Sequence record: DRR723986_1366
Strand: one strand, 5' to 3'
DNA length: 46,172 nucleotides
The notes below the pieces were generated by a model that worked only from the letters and a program-made list of their open reading frames with translations, was not told the DNA's origin and made no database searches. A program made the position numbers and the translations under genes. The number at the start of each line of letters is the position of its first letter. Positions within the stretch are counted from its first letter, which is position 1. Positions 28,431 through 38,607 of this stretch are shown one piece after another.

Positions 28431-29389
28431 GCGGGCCGGGCGTCACGCAAAGGCGCGTCGGAACCAACGGGATCGAATTGAACATCGCAGAAGCGGGCGA
28501 AGGCCCTCTGATCCTGCTTCTGCACGGGTTCCCAGAGTCCTGGTATTCCTGGCGCCACCAGTTCGCACCCCTTGCAGCAGCGGGGTATCACGTCGTTGCT
28601 CCGGACATGCGGGGCTACGGCAAAAGCGACAAGCCGGAACAGATCACTGCCTACAATCAGGTTGAGGTGGCAAATGACATCATTGGCCTCATCCCGGCGC
28701 TCGGATATGATCAGGCCATAGTGATCGGTCATGACTGGGGGGCGCCGACTGCCTGGGCCACCGCTCTGTTTCACCCCGACAAAGTGCGCGCCGTTGGCGG
28801 ACTATCGGTGCCATTCATGCCACGCTCTCCCGTACAGCCGATGCCTTTGATGCGGGAGATGTTCAAAGGTCAGTTCTTCTACCAGCTTTATTTCCAGGAA
28901 CCCGGCGTCGCCGAAGCGGAGTTCGAAGCAGACCTGAAGACCAGCCTGCGCAAGTTCCTTTGCATGGCTGGAGGGGAAACGGACCTGACCGCGCTTCCAG
29001 AGAAAGCGGAAGATGATGACCTGTTGTCCAACCTGCCCGACCCGGAAACGCTTCCGCCATGGCTGACAGAAGCAGACCTTGATTTCTACACCAACGAGTT
29101 TGCCAACTCCACCATGCGTGGTCCGATCAACTACTACCGCAATCATGACCTGACATGGGAAATGACCGACGGTGCGCCGACAGAGATCCACCAACCCGCC
29201 ATGTTCGTGGCCGGTACGAATGACGGGGTGGTGATGATGGCGGCCGAAGCCATCAAGATGATGCCGCATTTCGCGAAGGATCTTCGCATCAATCATATGA
29301 TCGAAGGCATCGGGCACTGGACTCAACAGGAAGCGCCTGACGAGGTGAATGCCCAGATACTGGAATTCCTCAAAAGTGTGGACGCCTGA
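28427..29389 (+). CDS. Alpha/beta-fold epoxide hydrolase
   Basis: HGFP oxyanion motif, nucleophile GHDWGA, ring-opening Tyr region (FFYQLYFQ, NYYR) and GHWTQQE. Confidence 0.92.
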   Translation: MSGPGVTQRRVGTNGIELNIAEAGEGPLILLLHGFPESWYSWRHQFAPLAAAGYHVVAPDMRGYGKSDKPEQITAYNQVEVANDIIGLIPALGYDQAIVIGHDWGAPTAWATALFHPDKVRAVGGLSVPFMPRSPVQPMPLMREMFKGQFFYQLYFQEPGVAEAEFEADLKTSLRKFLCMAGGETDLTALPEKAEDDDLLSNLPDPETLPPWLTEADLDFYTNEFANSTMRGPINYYRNHDLTWEMTDGAPTEIHQPAMFVAGTNDGVVMMAAEAIKMMPHFAKDLRINHMIEGIGHWTQQEAPDEVNAQILEFLKSVDA

Positions 29390-29402
29390 AAGTGATGCAG
29401 AC

Positions 29403-30923
29403 ATGACCGAAAAAGTCGTTGTGATCGGCGCAGGGATCGGCGGACTCTGTACCGCGCTCATGCTTCAGCCAACGGGACGCGACATCCTTATCCTGGAAAG
29501 GGATGGCCCCATCGGAACGGATGAGCCAGATGACCTGTTTCGCAACTGGAAAAGAACCGGTGTCGGTCATGTCCGGCAGAGCCACGCCTTCCTGGCCCGT
29601 CTTCGCACCATTCTGAAGGATGAGCATCCGGCCTTGCTGGACAGTCTCATGTCTCATGGTGTTCGTGAGCTCACTTTCGACATGATGCTGACCGAGCAGC
29701 AGCAACAAAATTATAGGCCACAACCGGAAGACAGCGACCTGACGATTATCACCAGCCGGCGCACCACACTGGAAATGGTTATACGCAGATATACCGAATC
29801 TCTGCCGAATGTAGAAGTACGGTCCGGATTCTTCGTCCGTAAGCTTATCACTGCGAAAGACGCCGACGGGGTCTTCACCGTCAGCGGCGTCGAGGGAGAA
29901 CGGGACGGCACATCAACATCCATTGACGCAGACCTGATTGTCGATGCCTCTGGCAAGGGCGGCTTCACCATTGAACAGCTGATGGAAGAAGGCGCGAACA
30001 TAATTGAAGAAAGTGAAACAGCCGGGATCCTCTACTTCACCCGGCACTACCGCCTTTTGCCTGGCTGCGCCGAACCGGATCGCAAATCGAACCCACCCGC
30101 CTCCGGAGATCTGGGTTATCTGAAGTTTGGCGTATTCCCGGGCGACAACGGAAACTTCTCCATCACTATCGCTCTGCCGGAGATAGAGATGGAGTTGCGG
30201 AAAAACATCCTCAACCCGGATATATTCCACCGCATTACACTGATGCTGCCGGGCCTTCGGCCATGGACCAACGAGGACCGGTCGGAGGCCACCAGCAAAG
30301 TCTTCGGCATGGGCGATCTGAACAATCGCTGGCGCGATACGGTTGTAGACGGAAAGCCCGCCACGCTCGGCTATTTCCCGCTCGGCGACACACTGGTTCG
30401 GACAAACCCGCTCTATGGCCGTGGCTGCTCTTTCGCCGCCGTCAGTGCGCAGCTGCTTCGCCAGACACTCGACGAGTCAGCTGACCCGGCCAAGCGGGCC
30501 ATTGCCTATCATCAGCGGATCCAGAGCGATCTCCGTCCCTATTACCTCAACCAGCGCAAACAGGACCGGAGCGCGATACGGCGGGCTCAACGGAACCTGA
30601 TGCCTGATGCGGTACAATCAGTCCGATCCCGCATGCTTGAGAGTTTCGCGGAAGATGGCGTGCGGATTGCCCTTCGATCCGATACCCGCCTGTTGCGCGA
30701 AGCGATGCGTGGATTCCACATGCTGGAACATCCGGACAAATGGCTTGGCAAGCCAGGCAATCTTGCAAAAGTACTCTACTTCTGGGCTCGCGGAAAAAAG
30801 GCGAACGCGGCAGCATACCCACCTCCGCCTGGTCCGGAGAGAAACGACATGCTGTCAGCCCTCCAAATCGACCCCCAAGCCGATATCATCCGTCTTAAAC
30901 AGGATGAGCATCTCGCCGCATGA
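29403..30923 (+). CDS. FAD-dependent oxidoreductase
   Basis: GAGIGG dinucleotide fold, IVDASGK and GDTLVRTNPLYGRG. ATG at 29403. Confidence 0.85.
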   Translation: MTEKVVVIGAGIGGLCTALMLQPTGRDILILERDGPIGTDEPDDLFRNWKRTGVGHVRQSHAFLARLRTILKDEHPALLDSLMSHGVRELTFDMMLTEQQQQNYRPQPEDSDLTIITSRRTTLEMVIRRYTESLPNVEVRSGFFVRKLITAKDADGVFTVSGVEGERDGTSTSIDADLIVDASGKGGFTIEQLMEEGANIIEESETAGILYFTRHYRLLPGCAEPDRKSNPPASGDLGYLKFGVFPGDNGNFSITIALPEIEMELRKNILNPDIFHRITLMLPGLRPWTNEDRSEATSKVFGMGDLNNRWRDTVVDGKPATLGYFPLGDTLVRTNPLYGRGCSFAAVSAQLLRQTLDESADPAKRAIAYHQRIQSDLRPYYLNQRKQDRSAIRRAQRNLMPDAVQSVRSRMLESFAEDGVRIALRSDTRLLREAMRGFHMLEHPDKWLGKPGNLAKVLYFWARGKKANAAAYPPPPGPERNDMLSALQIDPQADIIRLKQDEHLAA

Positions 30924-31597
30924 CAAGCACCTCGACACTTCCAGACATTGGACGCCGTGAGCGCGCGAAAGAAGAACGCCGCCAGAGGATTGTCCACGCG
31001 GTTCGGGACATCATTCGGGAGACGGGCGACACCAATCCCTCAATGCGCCTGATCGCCAACCGTGCAGGTGTGAGCATCGCGACTGCCTACAATCTTTTTG
31101 GATCGAAACAGGCTGTCGTCCTGGCCGTTCTGGAAGACCGGCAGAACTTCATCGAGAGATTTGCTTCGCTGAAGGCCAGGAACCCGCTCGACCTCGTGTT
31201 TGCTGCACACGAACTTGCTGTCAGCTATTATACGCAAGACCCGGAATTCTATCGCCCCCTTTGGCGGGCGCTCCTCGACACAAGCGGCAAGAGCGATGCC
31301 AGCATTGTACCGCCCGAGCGCCAGGCTGAAACGCGGGCAGCCTGGCGCACGGTACTCCTGCAAGCCCAGAACGAAGGTTATCTCGATCCCGCAGAATCAA
31401 TTGAATGGCTGGAACGCAGCCTGACGCATAGCGCGACAGGTGCTATGCTTTCCTGGGCCACCGAAGCACTTCCAACGGATGCTCTTCTGCCCTCTGCCGG
31501 CTTGGGCTACGCCTACATTCTGAGTGCCGCCGCAACCGGCAAAGGCGGCCCAACACTCAAACAGCGTATCGAGACATATAAAAAATCGCTGCCATAG
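30920..31597 (+). CDS. TetR/AcrR-family regulator
   Basis: N-terminal HTH SMRLIANRAGVSIATAYNLFGSK; ATGA overlap with the upstream gene. Confidence 0.92.
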   Translation: MTSTSTLPDIGRRERAKEERRQRIVHAVRDIIRETGDTNPSMRLIANRAGVSIATAYNLFGSKQAVVLAVLEDRQNFIERFASLKARNPLDLVFAAHELAVSYYTQDPEFYRPLWRALLDTSGKSDASIVPPERQAETRAAWRTVLLQAQNEGYLDPAESIEWLERSLTHSATGAMLSWATEALPTDALLPSAGLGYAYILSAAATGKGGPTLKQRIETYKKSLP

Positions 31598-31828
31598 ATA
31601 TATCGCAAGCGAATTGAACACTTTACTTTTAGTCTCCACACGAACTGAAAACTCTAGTTGATCGCTCAAACAGAAGTTTGGCCGTTGCGCTCAGACACGC
31701 CAGGAATGCCGTTGGCGTCCCGTCGAACGGAAATACAGAGCTGACCAGACGAATGAGGGGTTGAGCCGCACGAAAAACTGCCTATTGGAAGGTATCGTGA
31801 TCGGACCGGGGGATCACACAGTCGGCGA

Positions 31829-32863
31829 ATGAAAGACTCTGGGGACATGACCTACGTCGCGGCAATGTTTGTTAAGAAAATGATCGATCAGGCGCCAGAG
31901 TCGCTTGATCGAGCGGAGCTGTTCGCGGGCATAGGCATAACCGAAGAAGAAACATCGAACCCAAATACGGTGGTTGTGGACACCCAGTATTATGCGTTGC
32001 TCGAAACTATTGCGGCGGCGGAAGCGCCGGACATCAGCTTCCACCTTCGTACATCTGCAGCAATGACCTGCGCAGATTTCGGCGCTGTGGGTCTCGCCTG
32101 GAAGTGCGCTCCGACTCTACGCCGATCCTTTCAGCGGATGGACCGATACGCGCGCGCTTACAACAGAACAGCCACTTTTCGACTTGTCGAAAAGGACGGT
32201 TTCAGCATGTGGACCCACCAGCGGCTCGAACCCAGGCGGCTGGGCATGTACCTATCGACTGAAGGGACTTTGGGAACCTATGTCGCCATGTGCCGGGAAA
32301 CGACTTTTCCGGAAAACAAACCCCACGCAGTCCAGTTTCGTCACCCTGAACCTGCGGGATCCCGGGAGGCGCTGGAGGCCTACTTCAGATGCCCCGTGAC
32401 ATTTGGCGCAGAAATCGATGCGATCGTTTTACCGGAGGAGCGGCTCGACCGGAAAAATACCGTTGGGGATGAGAGTATCTGGCGCTTCCTGACGTCTCAT
32501 ATTGAGGAGACCATGATCGATGAAGATCATGAGGAAGCACTGGATCGTCAGGTTATCGTCCAGATCGCCAACACGCTGAGCGAAGGCATTCCCACTTTAG
32601 CGGATATCGCATCGGGAATGGGGATGAGCGCCCGGACCCTCCAACGCCGCCTCGCCGACCAGGGACACACATTTCAGTCTCTCGTTGATGAGGCGCGCCG
32701 GCAACTCGCCGAGAAGTTTCTGACCGACACCCGATACTCGATCGCCCAAGTCGCCTTCCTGACCGGATTCTCCGAGCAAAGTGCCTTCACCCGGGCGTTC
32801 AAACGATGGGCCGGGAAAACACCCGGTTCCTACCGTGATGAAGCCCACGAAAGTCGTTTGTGA
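31829..32863 (+). CDS. AraC-family regulator
   Basis: C-terminal GMSARTLQRRL...SIAQVAFLTGFSEQSAFTRAFKRW. The start is 31829 or 31847. Confidence 0.94.
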   Translation: MKDSGDMTYVAAMFVKKMIDQAPESLDRAELFAGIGITEEETSNPNTVVVDTQYYALLETIAAAEAPDISFHLRTSAAMTCADFGAVGLAWKCAPTLRRSFQRMDRYARAYNRTATFRLVEKDGFSMWTHQRLEPRRLGMYLSTEGTLGTYVAMCRETTFPENKPHAVQFRHPEPAGSREALEAYFRCPVTFGAEIDAIVLPEERLDRKNTVGDESIWRFLTSHIEETMIDEDHEEALDRQVIVQIANTLSEGIPTLADIASGMGMSARTLQRRLADQGHTFQSLVDEARRQLAEKFLTDTRYSIAQVAFLTGFSEQSAFTRAFKRWAGKTPGSYRDEAHESRL

Positions 32864-33080
32864 TTCCGGGCCAGGCATTTTTGCCGCTCAAATCTTAAAC
32901 GTTCTGCGGGGATGACGGCTTGGGGATTTGGTAAAAGCCCCAAGACCACTCAATCCAAACCCTGCATTCAGCCTTTTTTGACCAGCACCCAAAAAATAAA
33001 AAGCCCCGGGGCGTGCAATACGTTCCTGATTGGAATAGTGTTCACCTAGCGGAACTATCTCGAAAACTCGGAGCATTGAA

Positions 33081-33536
33081 ATGGCAACACTCAAGGTCAA
33101 TGGGCAGGTGATGACAGTTGATGTTGACGATTCAACGCCTCTGCTCTGGGTCATTCGCGAGCAACTCGGGCTTACCGGCACGAAATATGGTTGTGGCATC
33201 GCCGAATGCGGCGCCTGCACCATCCATATCGACGGTCAGGCCGTCCGGTCCTGTGTTTATCCGGTAGGCGCGCTTGCGGGTGACGAGGAGATCACCACGA
33301 TCGAAGGTCTGTCAGAAGATGGCAGTCATCCGGTCCAGCAAGCCTGGGTCGAGCTTGATGTGCCTCAGTGCGGCTTCTGCCAGCCTGGCATGATCATGGC
33401 CGCTGCCGGTCTGCTGAACGACAATCCAGATGCCACGGATGAAGACATCGACGCCACGATCACAAACATTTGCCGGTGCGGAACGTTTACCCGCGTCCGC
33501 AAAGGCATTCACCTTGCCAAGACGAAGAAAGCCTGA
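33081..33536 (+). CDS. 2x[2Fe-2S] subunit of a xanthine-oxidase-family molybdoenzyme (IorA-like)
   Basis: Motifs [22 protein letters not shown] and NICRCG. Confidence 0.95.
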   Translation: MATLKVNGQVMTVDVDDSTPLLWVIREQLGLTGTKYGCGIAECGACTIHIDGQAVRSCVYPVGALAGDEEITTIEGLSEDGSHPVQQAWVELDVPQCGFCQPGMIMAAAGLLNDNPDATDEDIDATITNICRCGTFTRVRKGIHLAKTKKA

Positions 33537-33550
33537 GGAGGACTGAAAAG

Positions 33551-35737
33551 ATGACTGCTGCAACAGGCCTTTCCCGTCGCGGATTTATTGTCGGAACCGG
33601 AGCCACTGGCCTGACAATCGGCATTCTTGCTGCTTGTGGACCGGGCGGAAAAGACGCGCCGGCAGAAGCTGGTCCACCGCCGCCGGAAGTGAATGCATGG
33701 GTCCATATCGGAACCGATGATGTCGTCACCGTGCGCATCGCCCGCTCTGAAATGGGTCAGGGTACGCTGACCGGCCTCGCGCAGCTGGTCGCCGAAGAAC
33801 TGGAATGCGATTGGGACTATGTGAAAACCGAATACCCAACGCCTGGTCAAAACCTTGCACGTGATCGCGTATGGGGCGACTTCCTTACGGGGGGCAGCCG
33901 GGGTATCCGCACCAGCCATGACTATGTCCGGGAAGGCGGCGCCGCCGCTCGCATGATGCTGGTGCAGGCAGCTGCAAATCGTTGGGGTGTGCCGGTCGAA
34001 GAATGCTCCGCAGCAAAGAGCATCATAACACACGGTCCATCCGGCAAGACTCTGCGCTTCGGTGAAGTCGCTGCCGACGCAGCTGAGTTGCCGGCGCCAG
34101 AGAGCGTGACACTGAAAGACCCGTCCGAATGGAAGATTATCGGGCAATCGGTTCAGCGGCTGGATACGGTGGACAAAGTTACCGGCAAGCAACAGTACAC
34201 AACCGACATGAAAATGGACGGCATGCTGAATGCTGCAGTGAAAGCCGCGCCGAAACGTGGCGGATCACTCAAATCGTTCAACGCTGAAGCTGTCACCTCC
34301 ATGCCGGGCGTGAAAGCGGTCGTCCAGGTAGACGACACGTCCGTTGCGGTCGTTGCAGACTATTGGTGGCAAGCAAAGACAGCCCTAGATGCTCTTCCTA
34401 TCGAATGGGAAGATGGCGAAGGCTCGGACTTCTCGAGCTCTGCATTCGAAGCAGATCTCGATGCTGGTCTGACGGCCAGCGAGACCTTTGTTGGCAATCA
34501 GGCGGGCGACGTAGACGCCGCCTTTGCCAATGCCGCGCAGGTGATTGAAGCAAAATACAATGCACCTCATCAGAACCACGCCTGCATGGAGCCGATGAAT
34601 GCAATTGCCGTGTGGACGCCAGAGAAGTGTGAGGTCTGGTGTCCCACGCAGAATGGTGAAGCCGCACTGGCCGCTACATCCGAAGCCGCGGATCTGCCTA
34701 TCCAGAATTGTGAGGTTTACAAACAATTGCTGGGTGGCGGTTTTGGCCGTAAGGGAGCCTCGGACTACATTTCTCAAGCGGTGAAGATTGCCAAGCAAGT
34801 GCCGGGCACACCGATCAAACTGCTCTGGTCTCGCGAAGAGGACATGGAACAGGGCTTCTATCACCCGATCACCAAGGCTTACTGCCAGGGCGCGCTGGAT
34901 GCCGACGGCAATTTGACGGGCCTGAAAATTCGCATTTCCGGCCAGTCCATCCTTGCCGGCATCATGCCGCAAGCCTTGACGGATGGTGCCGACATGATCG
35001 TGTTCCAGGGATTGCTTCCATCCGGTGTAGATGCGCGCGTCGAAGACCAGACGATCAAGTATACTTTCCCGAACCTGCTGGTTGACCACGCAATGAGGAA
35101 CCCGCCTGTCCGGCCTGGTTTCTGGCGCGGGGTGAATGCGAACCAGAACGCCATCTATCTGGAATGCTTCATGGACGAGCTTGCCCATGCGGCCGGCCGG
35201 GATCCGCTGGAGTTCCGTCTGGCGCATCTGAAGGACAGTCCGAAAATGGCAACTGTACTGCAAGCTGTTGCGGACAAGTCCGGATGGGGCGCCGATGACG
35301 GGCTCTCCCGCGGCCTTTGCTGCTTTTATTCATTCGGGAGCTACACGGCCGCTTGTGCGGAAGTGACTGTCAATGATGAAGGTGAGCTGAAAATGCACCG
35401 GATCGTTGCCGCAACCGACCCGGGCTACGGCGTCAACCCACAGCAGATCGATGCCCAGGTCGCAGGGTCGTTCGTTTACGGTCTTTCCGCCATGCTGCAT
35501 CAGGAAATCACATTCGAAGACGGTGAAACGCAGCAAAAGAATTTCAATACCTACAATTCGATGCGGATTGCCGAGATGCCGGAAGTGGAAACGCTCGTGA
35601 TGCCCTCCGGTGGTTTCTGGGGTGGCGTGGGTGAGCCGACCATCGCTGTTGCGCCTCCTGCACTTCTGAACGCCATTTTTGCAGCCACCGGAAAGCGCAT
35701 TCGGCAACTTCCGATCAAGGATCAGGCACTGAAATAG
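33551..35737 (+). CDS. Molybdopterin-binding subunit of a xanthine-oxidase-family enzyme (IorB-like), Tat/lipoprotein signal
   Basis: Tat motif SRRGF, lipobox LAAC, SEMGQG, TGGS, GGGFGR and GGVGEP (catalytic Glu). ATG at 33551. Confidence 0.94.
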   Translation: MTAATGLSRRGFIVGTGATGLTIGILAACGPGGKDAPAEAGPPPPEVNAWVHIGTDDVVTVRIARSEMGQGTLTGLAQLVAEELECDWDYVKTEYPTPGQNLARDRVWGDFLTGGSRGIRTSHDYVREGGAAARMMLVQAAANRWGVPVEECSAAKSIITHGPSGKTLRFGEVAADAAELPAPESVTLKDPSEWKIIGQSVQRLDTVDKVTGKQQYTTDMKMDGMLNAAVKAAPKRGGSLKSFNAEAVTSMPGVKAVVQVDDTSVAVVADYWWQAKTALDALPIEWEDGEGSDFSSSAFEADLDAGLTASETFVGNQAGDVDAAFANAAQVIEAKYNAPHQNHACMEPMNAIAVWTPEKCEVWCPTQNGEAALAATSEAADLPIQNCEVYKQLLGGGFGRKGASDYISQAVKIAKQVPGTPIKLLWSREEDMEQGFYHPITKAYCQGALDADGNLTGLKIRISGQSILAGIMPQALTDGADMIVFQGLLPSGVDARVEDQTIKYTFPNLLVDHAMRNPPVRPGFWRGVNANQNAIYLECFMDELAHAAGRDPLEFRLAHLKDSPKMATVLQAVADKSGWGADDGLSRGLCCFYSFGSYTAACAEVTVNDEGELKMHRIVAATDPGYGVNPQQIDAQVAGSFVYGLSAMLHQEITFEDGETQQKNFNTYNSMRIAEMPEVETLVMPSGGFWGGVGEPTIAVAPPALLNAIFAATGKRIRQLPIKDQALK

Positions 35738-35739
35738 TC

Positions 35740-36072
35740 ATGACACGGCAGCTTGGCGCGCTGACGATCATTGCCTTGCTCGTGGGTGCATGCGGTTCGA
35801 CACCGGTCGAAACAGATTCGATCGAACTCAGTCCGATGGCGGATACAAGCTCCGCGGCCGTGCTTTCTGTCGCGTGCTCGGGCTGTCACGGCCCCACTGG
35901 CGGAGCGATTACCAGTCTTGAAGGCCGCTCATCGGCGGAACTCCGCGATGCATTGCTGCACTATCGTTCCGATGCCGACGGTGGAAGCGTCATGCACCGG
36001 ATGATGAGAGGGTATTCAGAAGCCGACATTGATGCGATCAGCGCCTATCTGGCCGAAGGTGTTTCGGAATGA
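35740..36072 (+). CDS. Monoheme cytochrome c (FccA-like partner of FCSD)
   Basis: Single CSGCH, distal Met region SVMHRM, lipobox VGAC. Overlaps the FCSD start. Confidence 0.88.
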   Translation: MTRQLGALTIIALLVGACGSTPVETDSIELSPMADTSSAAVLSVACSGCHGPTGGAITSLEGRSSAELRDALLHYRSDADGGSVMHRMMRGYSEADIDAISAYLAEGVSE

Positions 36073-37346
36073 CTGCCCTTGTTCCGAACCGTCGCGACCT
36101 GCTCCTTGCCCTTTCGGGAACGGGTCTGCTGGCCGCTTTACCATTGGCAGCCAATGCGCAGGTCCAGGCACGTCTCGTCATCATTGGCGGCGGCTTCGGC
36201 GGTGCCACGGCCGCCCGGTTTCTGAAGCGGCTGCTTCCGGAAGCCGCCGTTACGCTCATTGAAGCGAATCCCGAATACTATGCCTGCCCGTTCAGCAACC
36301 TCGTCGTTGCGGGCCTGCGCGATCTCTCGGCCCAACGTTTCAGCTATGACACCCTAAAAACCGAGGGCATCGAGTTTGTGCAGGAACGCGCGACCGATGT
36401 AGATCCGGTGAGCCGGACCGTCACAGTCGAATCCGGTCGCGCGCTGATTTATGACAAATTGATCCTGTCGCCCGGAATTGATTTCAGATGGAACGCGATC
36501 GAAGGCTACGACGAAGCCGCGGCGGAAGTCATGCCGCATGCCTGGAAAGCTGGCCCCCAAACCGGACGGTTGCAGCAACAACTCCAGGACATGAAGGATG
36601 GCGGCGTGGTGGTCATGTCCGTCCCGCCTGCGCCATTCCGTTGCCCGCCGGGTCCGTATGAACGCGCCAGCCTGATCGCGCACTATCTCAAGACCCATAA
36701 GCCGAAGTCTAAACTTATCATACTGGATGCCCAGGACAAATTTTCAAAACAACCCTTGTTTGAGGACGCCTGGTCCAGCCTCTATCCCGGCCTCATCGAA
36801 CGCTATGGGGCAAATGAGTTTGGACGGGTCGTTGCCGTCTTCCCCTCTTCCTGCACTCTGTCGACAGAGTTTGAAGACTTCAGCGCCGACGTCGCCAATG
36901 TGATCCCGCCACAGCACGCCGGCGCCATTGCTCATCGTGCTGGCGTCGCAGACATGACGGGATGGTGCCCGATTGATCCGCTTGATTTTCGATCCACGCT
37001 CCAGTCCGATATTCACGTCATCGGCGACGCCACCATTGCCTCGCCAATGCCGAAGTCTGCTTTCTCGGCGAACCTGCAGGCCAAGCTATGCGCGATGCAA
37101 ATTGCCAGAACCCTCTCAGGAGAGGTCGTTGAACCCACGACCCTGACGAACACTTGCTACTCGTACATCTCTGACAGGAAAGCCGTGTCGATCACGGGTG
37201 TCTACACAAATGACGGTGGGTCTTTGCACTCAGTGGAAGGATCGGGTGGCTTGAGCCCGCTCGATGCTGATCCCATTGTACGTGAGAACGAGGCACTGCA
37301 GGCCCAAATCTGGTTCCGTACAATCGCCAAACAGACTTTCGGATGA
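36069..37346 (+). CDS. soxF: Flavocytochrome c sulfide dehydrogenase flavoprotein (FccB/SoxF)
   Basis: Tat motif NRRDLL, GGGFGG, FAD-linking CPFSN, redox Cys motifs CPPGPYER and NTCYS, and MPKSAFSAN. Confidence 0.92.
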   Translation: MTALVPNRRDLLLALSGTGLLAALPLAANAQVQARLVIIGGGFGGATAARFLKRLLPEAAVTLIEANPEYYACPFSNLVVAGLRDLSAQRFSYDTLKTEGIEFVQERATDVDPVSRTVTVESGRALIYDKLILSPGIDFRWNAIEGYDEAAAEVMPHAWKAGPQTGRLQQQLQDMKDGGVVVMSVPPAPFRCPPGPYERASLIAHYLKTHKPKSKLIILDAQDKFSKQPLFEDAWSSLYPGLIERYGANEFGRVVAVFPSSCTLSTEFEDFSADVANVIPPQHAGAIAHRAGVADMTGWCPIDPLDFRSTLQSDIHVIGDATIASPMPKSAFSANLQAKLCAMQIARTLSGEVVEPTTLTNTCYSYISDRKAVSITGVYTNDGGSLHSVEGSGGLSPLDADPIVRENEALQAQIWFRTIAKQTFG

Positions 37347-37798
37347 AAATAGCGCGTTCTTCGGCATTGCTCTTTCTCATCTTCCTATCCGCATGTGGGC
37401 AGGCTTCGGAAGACCATCTGGCCAAGCCTGTCGAGATATCAGGTGATGCAATCAACGAACCATTGAACGGTAAGCAGGGCGATCCTGTTCGGGGGAAAAA
37501 GATATTCGCTTCACGCAAGGAAGGGCACTGTGTTCTGTGCCACCAGGTGGCCAGCCTGGATGCGGAATTCCAGGGAAATGTCGGCCCTGAGCTCACTGGC
37601 ATCGGCGCGCGCTTGTCCGCCGGACAGATCCGCTATCGCATTGTTGACGCCCAAGGCATTTGGCCGGACACTGTGATGCCATCCTATTATCGCACACGCG
37701 GCCTCCGTCAGGTTGGGCATGAATATCAGGGGGCTCCTGCCCTCAGCGCTCAACAGATCGAAGACATTGTTGCGTTTCTGGAATTGCAGACAAACTGA
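37343..37798 (+). CDS. soxX: Sulfur-oxidation cytochrome SoxX
   Basis: Motifs GDPVRG, GHCVLCH, GNVGPEL and TVMPSY; lipobox LSAC. Confidence 0.9.
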   Translation: MKIARSSALLFLIFLSACGQASEDHLAKPVEISGDAINEPLNGKQGDPVRGKKIFASRKEGHCVLCHQVASLDAEFQGNVGPELTGIGARLSAGQIRYRIVDAQGIWPDTVMPSYYRTRGLRQVGHEYQGAPALSAQQIEDIVAFLELQTN

Positions 37799-38277
37799 TG
37801 CCACACGACGATCATGCACATACGACAGACCGCTGGACGCGTCGCGCCTTCCTGGCTTCGACCGGTATTGTATCGATCGCGACCGCGCTTTCTCCGTTGG
37901 CATCCGCAACACCGGAAGACGCCGATCAGGCGATTCGCGACATCTTCGGGGATCGGCCAATCAACAAAGGCAAGGTGACTGTCACCCTACCCCCGATCGC
38001 TGAAAATGGAAACTCGGTTCCGGTTAGCGTAACCGTAGATAGTCCCATGACGGATGAAAGTTTCGTCAAACAGATTGTCGTTCTATCACCGCGCAATCCC
38101 ATCGCCACAATTGCGAGGTTCCATCTGGGGCCACATACCGGGCGCGCCGAGATTTCGACACGTGTCCGCATGGCAGGCACCCAGACCCTTCGCGTCGTCG
38201 CCGAGATGAACGATGGCACACTCTGGTCCGGCACAGGCAGCACATATGTCACGCTTGCAGCGTGCATTATTGGCTAA
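37798..38277 (+). CDS. soxY: SoxY-family sulfur carrier with variant C-terminus
   Basis: Tat motif TRRAFL, PPIAENGNSVP, NP and STRVRM. It ends in VTLAACIIG. Confidence 0.88.
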   Translation: MPHDDHAHTTDRWTRRAFLASTGIVSIATALSPLASATPEDADQAIRDIFGDRPINKGKVTVTLPPIAENGNSVPVSVTVDSPMTDESFVKQIVVLSPRNPIATIARFHLGPHTGRAEISTRVRMAGTQTLRVVAEMNDGTLWSGTGSTYVTLAACIIG

Positions 38278-38292
38278 GGAGGCGCAGCTGCA

Positions 38293-38607
38293 ATGATCCG
38301 CATTTCAGCCCCGGATACAGCCTTCGAAGGTGAGGTCATCGAGCTAAAGGCGATGATCCAGCATACGATGGAAACGGGCTATCGTCGCGATTCCAAAGGG
38401 GTGATCATTCCGACAGACATCATCAAGAGCTTCCGCTGCACATATGATGGCAACGTCATATTTGAGGCAGAGTTTTTCCCGGGTGTCGCCGCCAATCCGT
38501 TCCTGACTTTTCATATGCGTGCCTCACACACAGGTACGATAGAGTTGTCGTGGACGGATCAGCATGGAGAGCGCTGGGCCGAAGAACGGATGCTGACTGT
38601 GTCATGA
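38293..38607 (+). CDS. soxZ: SoxZ
   Basis: Motifs IQHTMETGYRRD..G..IP, GVAANP and SWTD; no signal peptide. Confidence 0.9.
   Translation: MIRISAPDTAFEGEVIELKAMIQHTMETGYRRDSKGVIIPTDIIKSFRCTYDGNVIFEAEFFPGVAANPFLTFHMRASHTGTIELSWTDQHGERWAEERMLTVS

Noticed and set aside
32864-33080. Moco riboswitch upstream of the molybdoenzyme
   Set aside because: No recognisable multi-stem Moco RNA motif, only one short inverted repeat.
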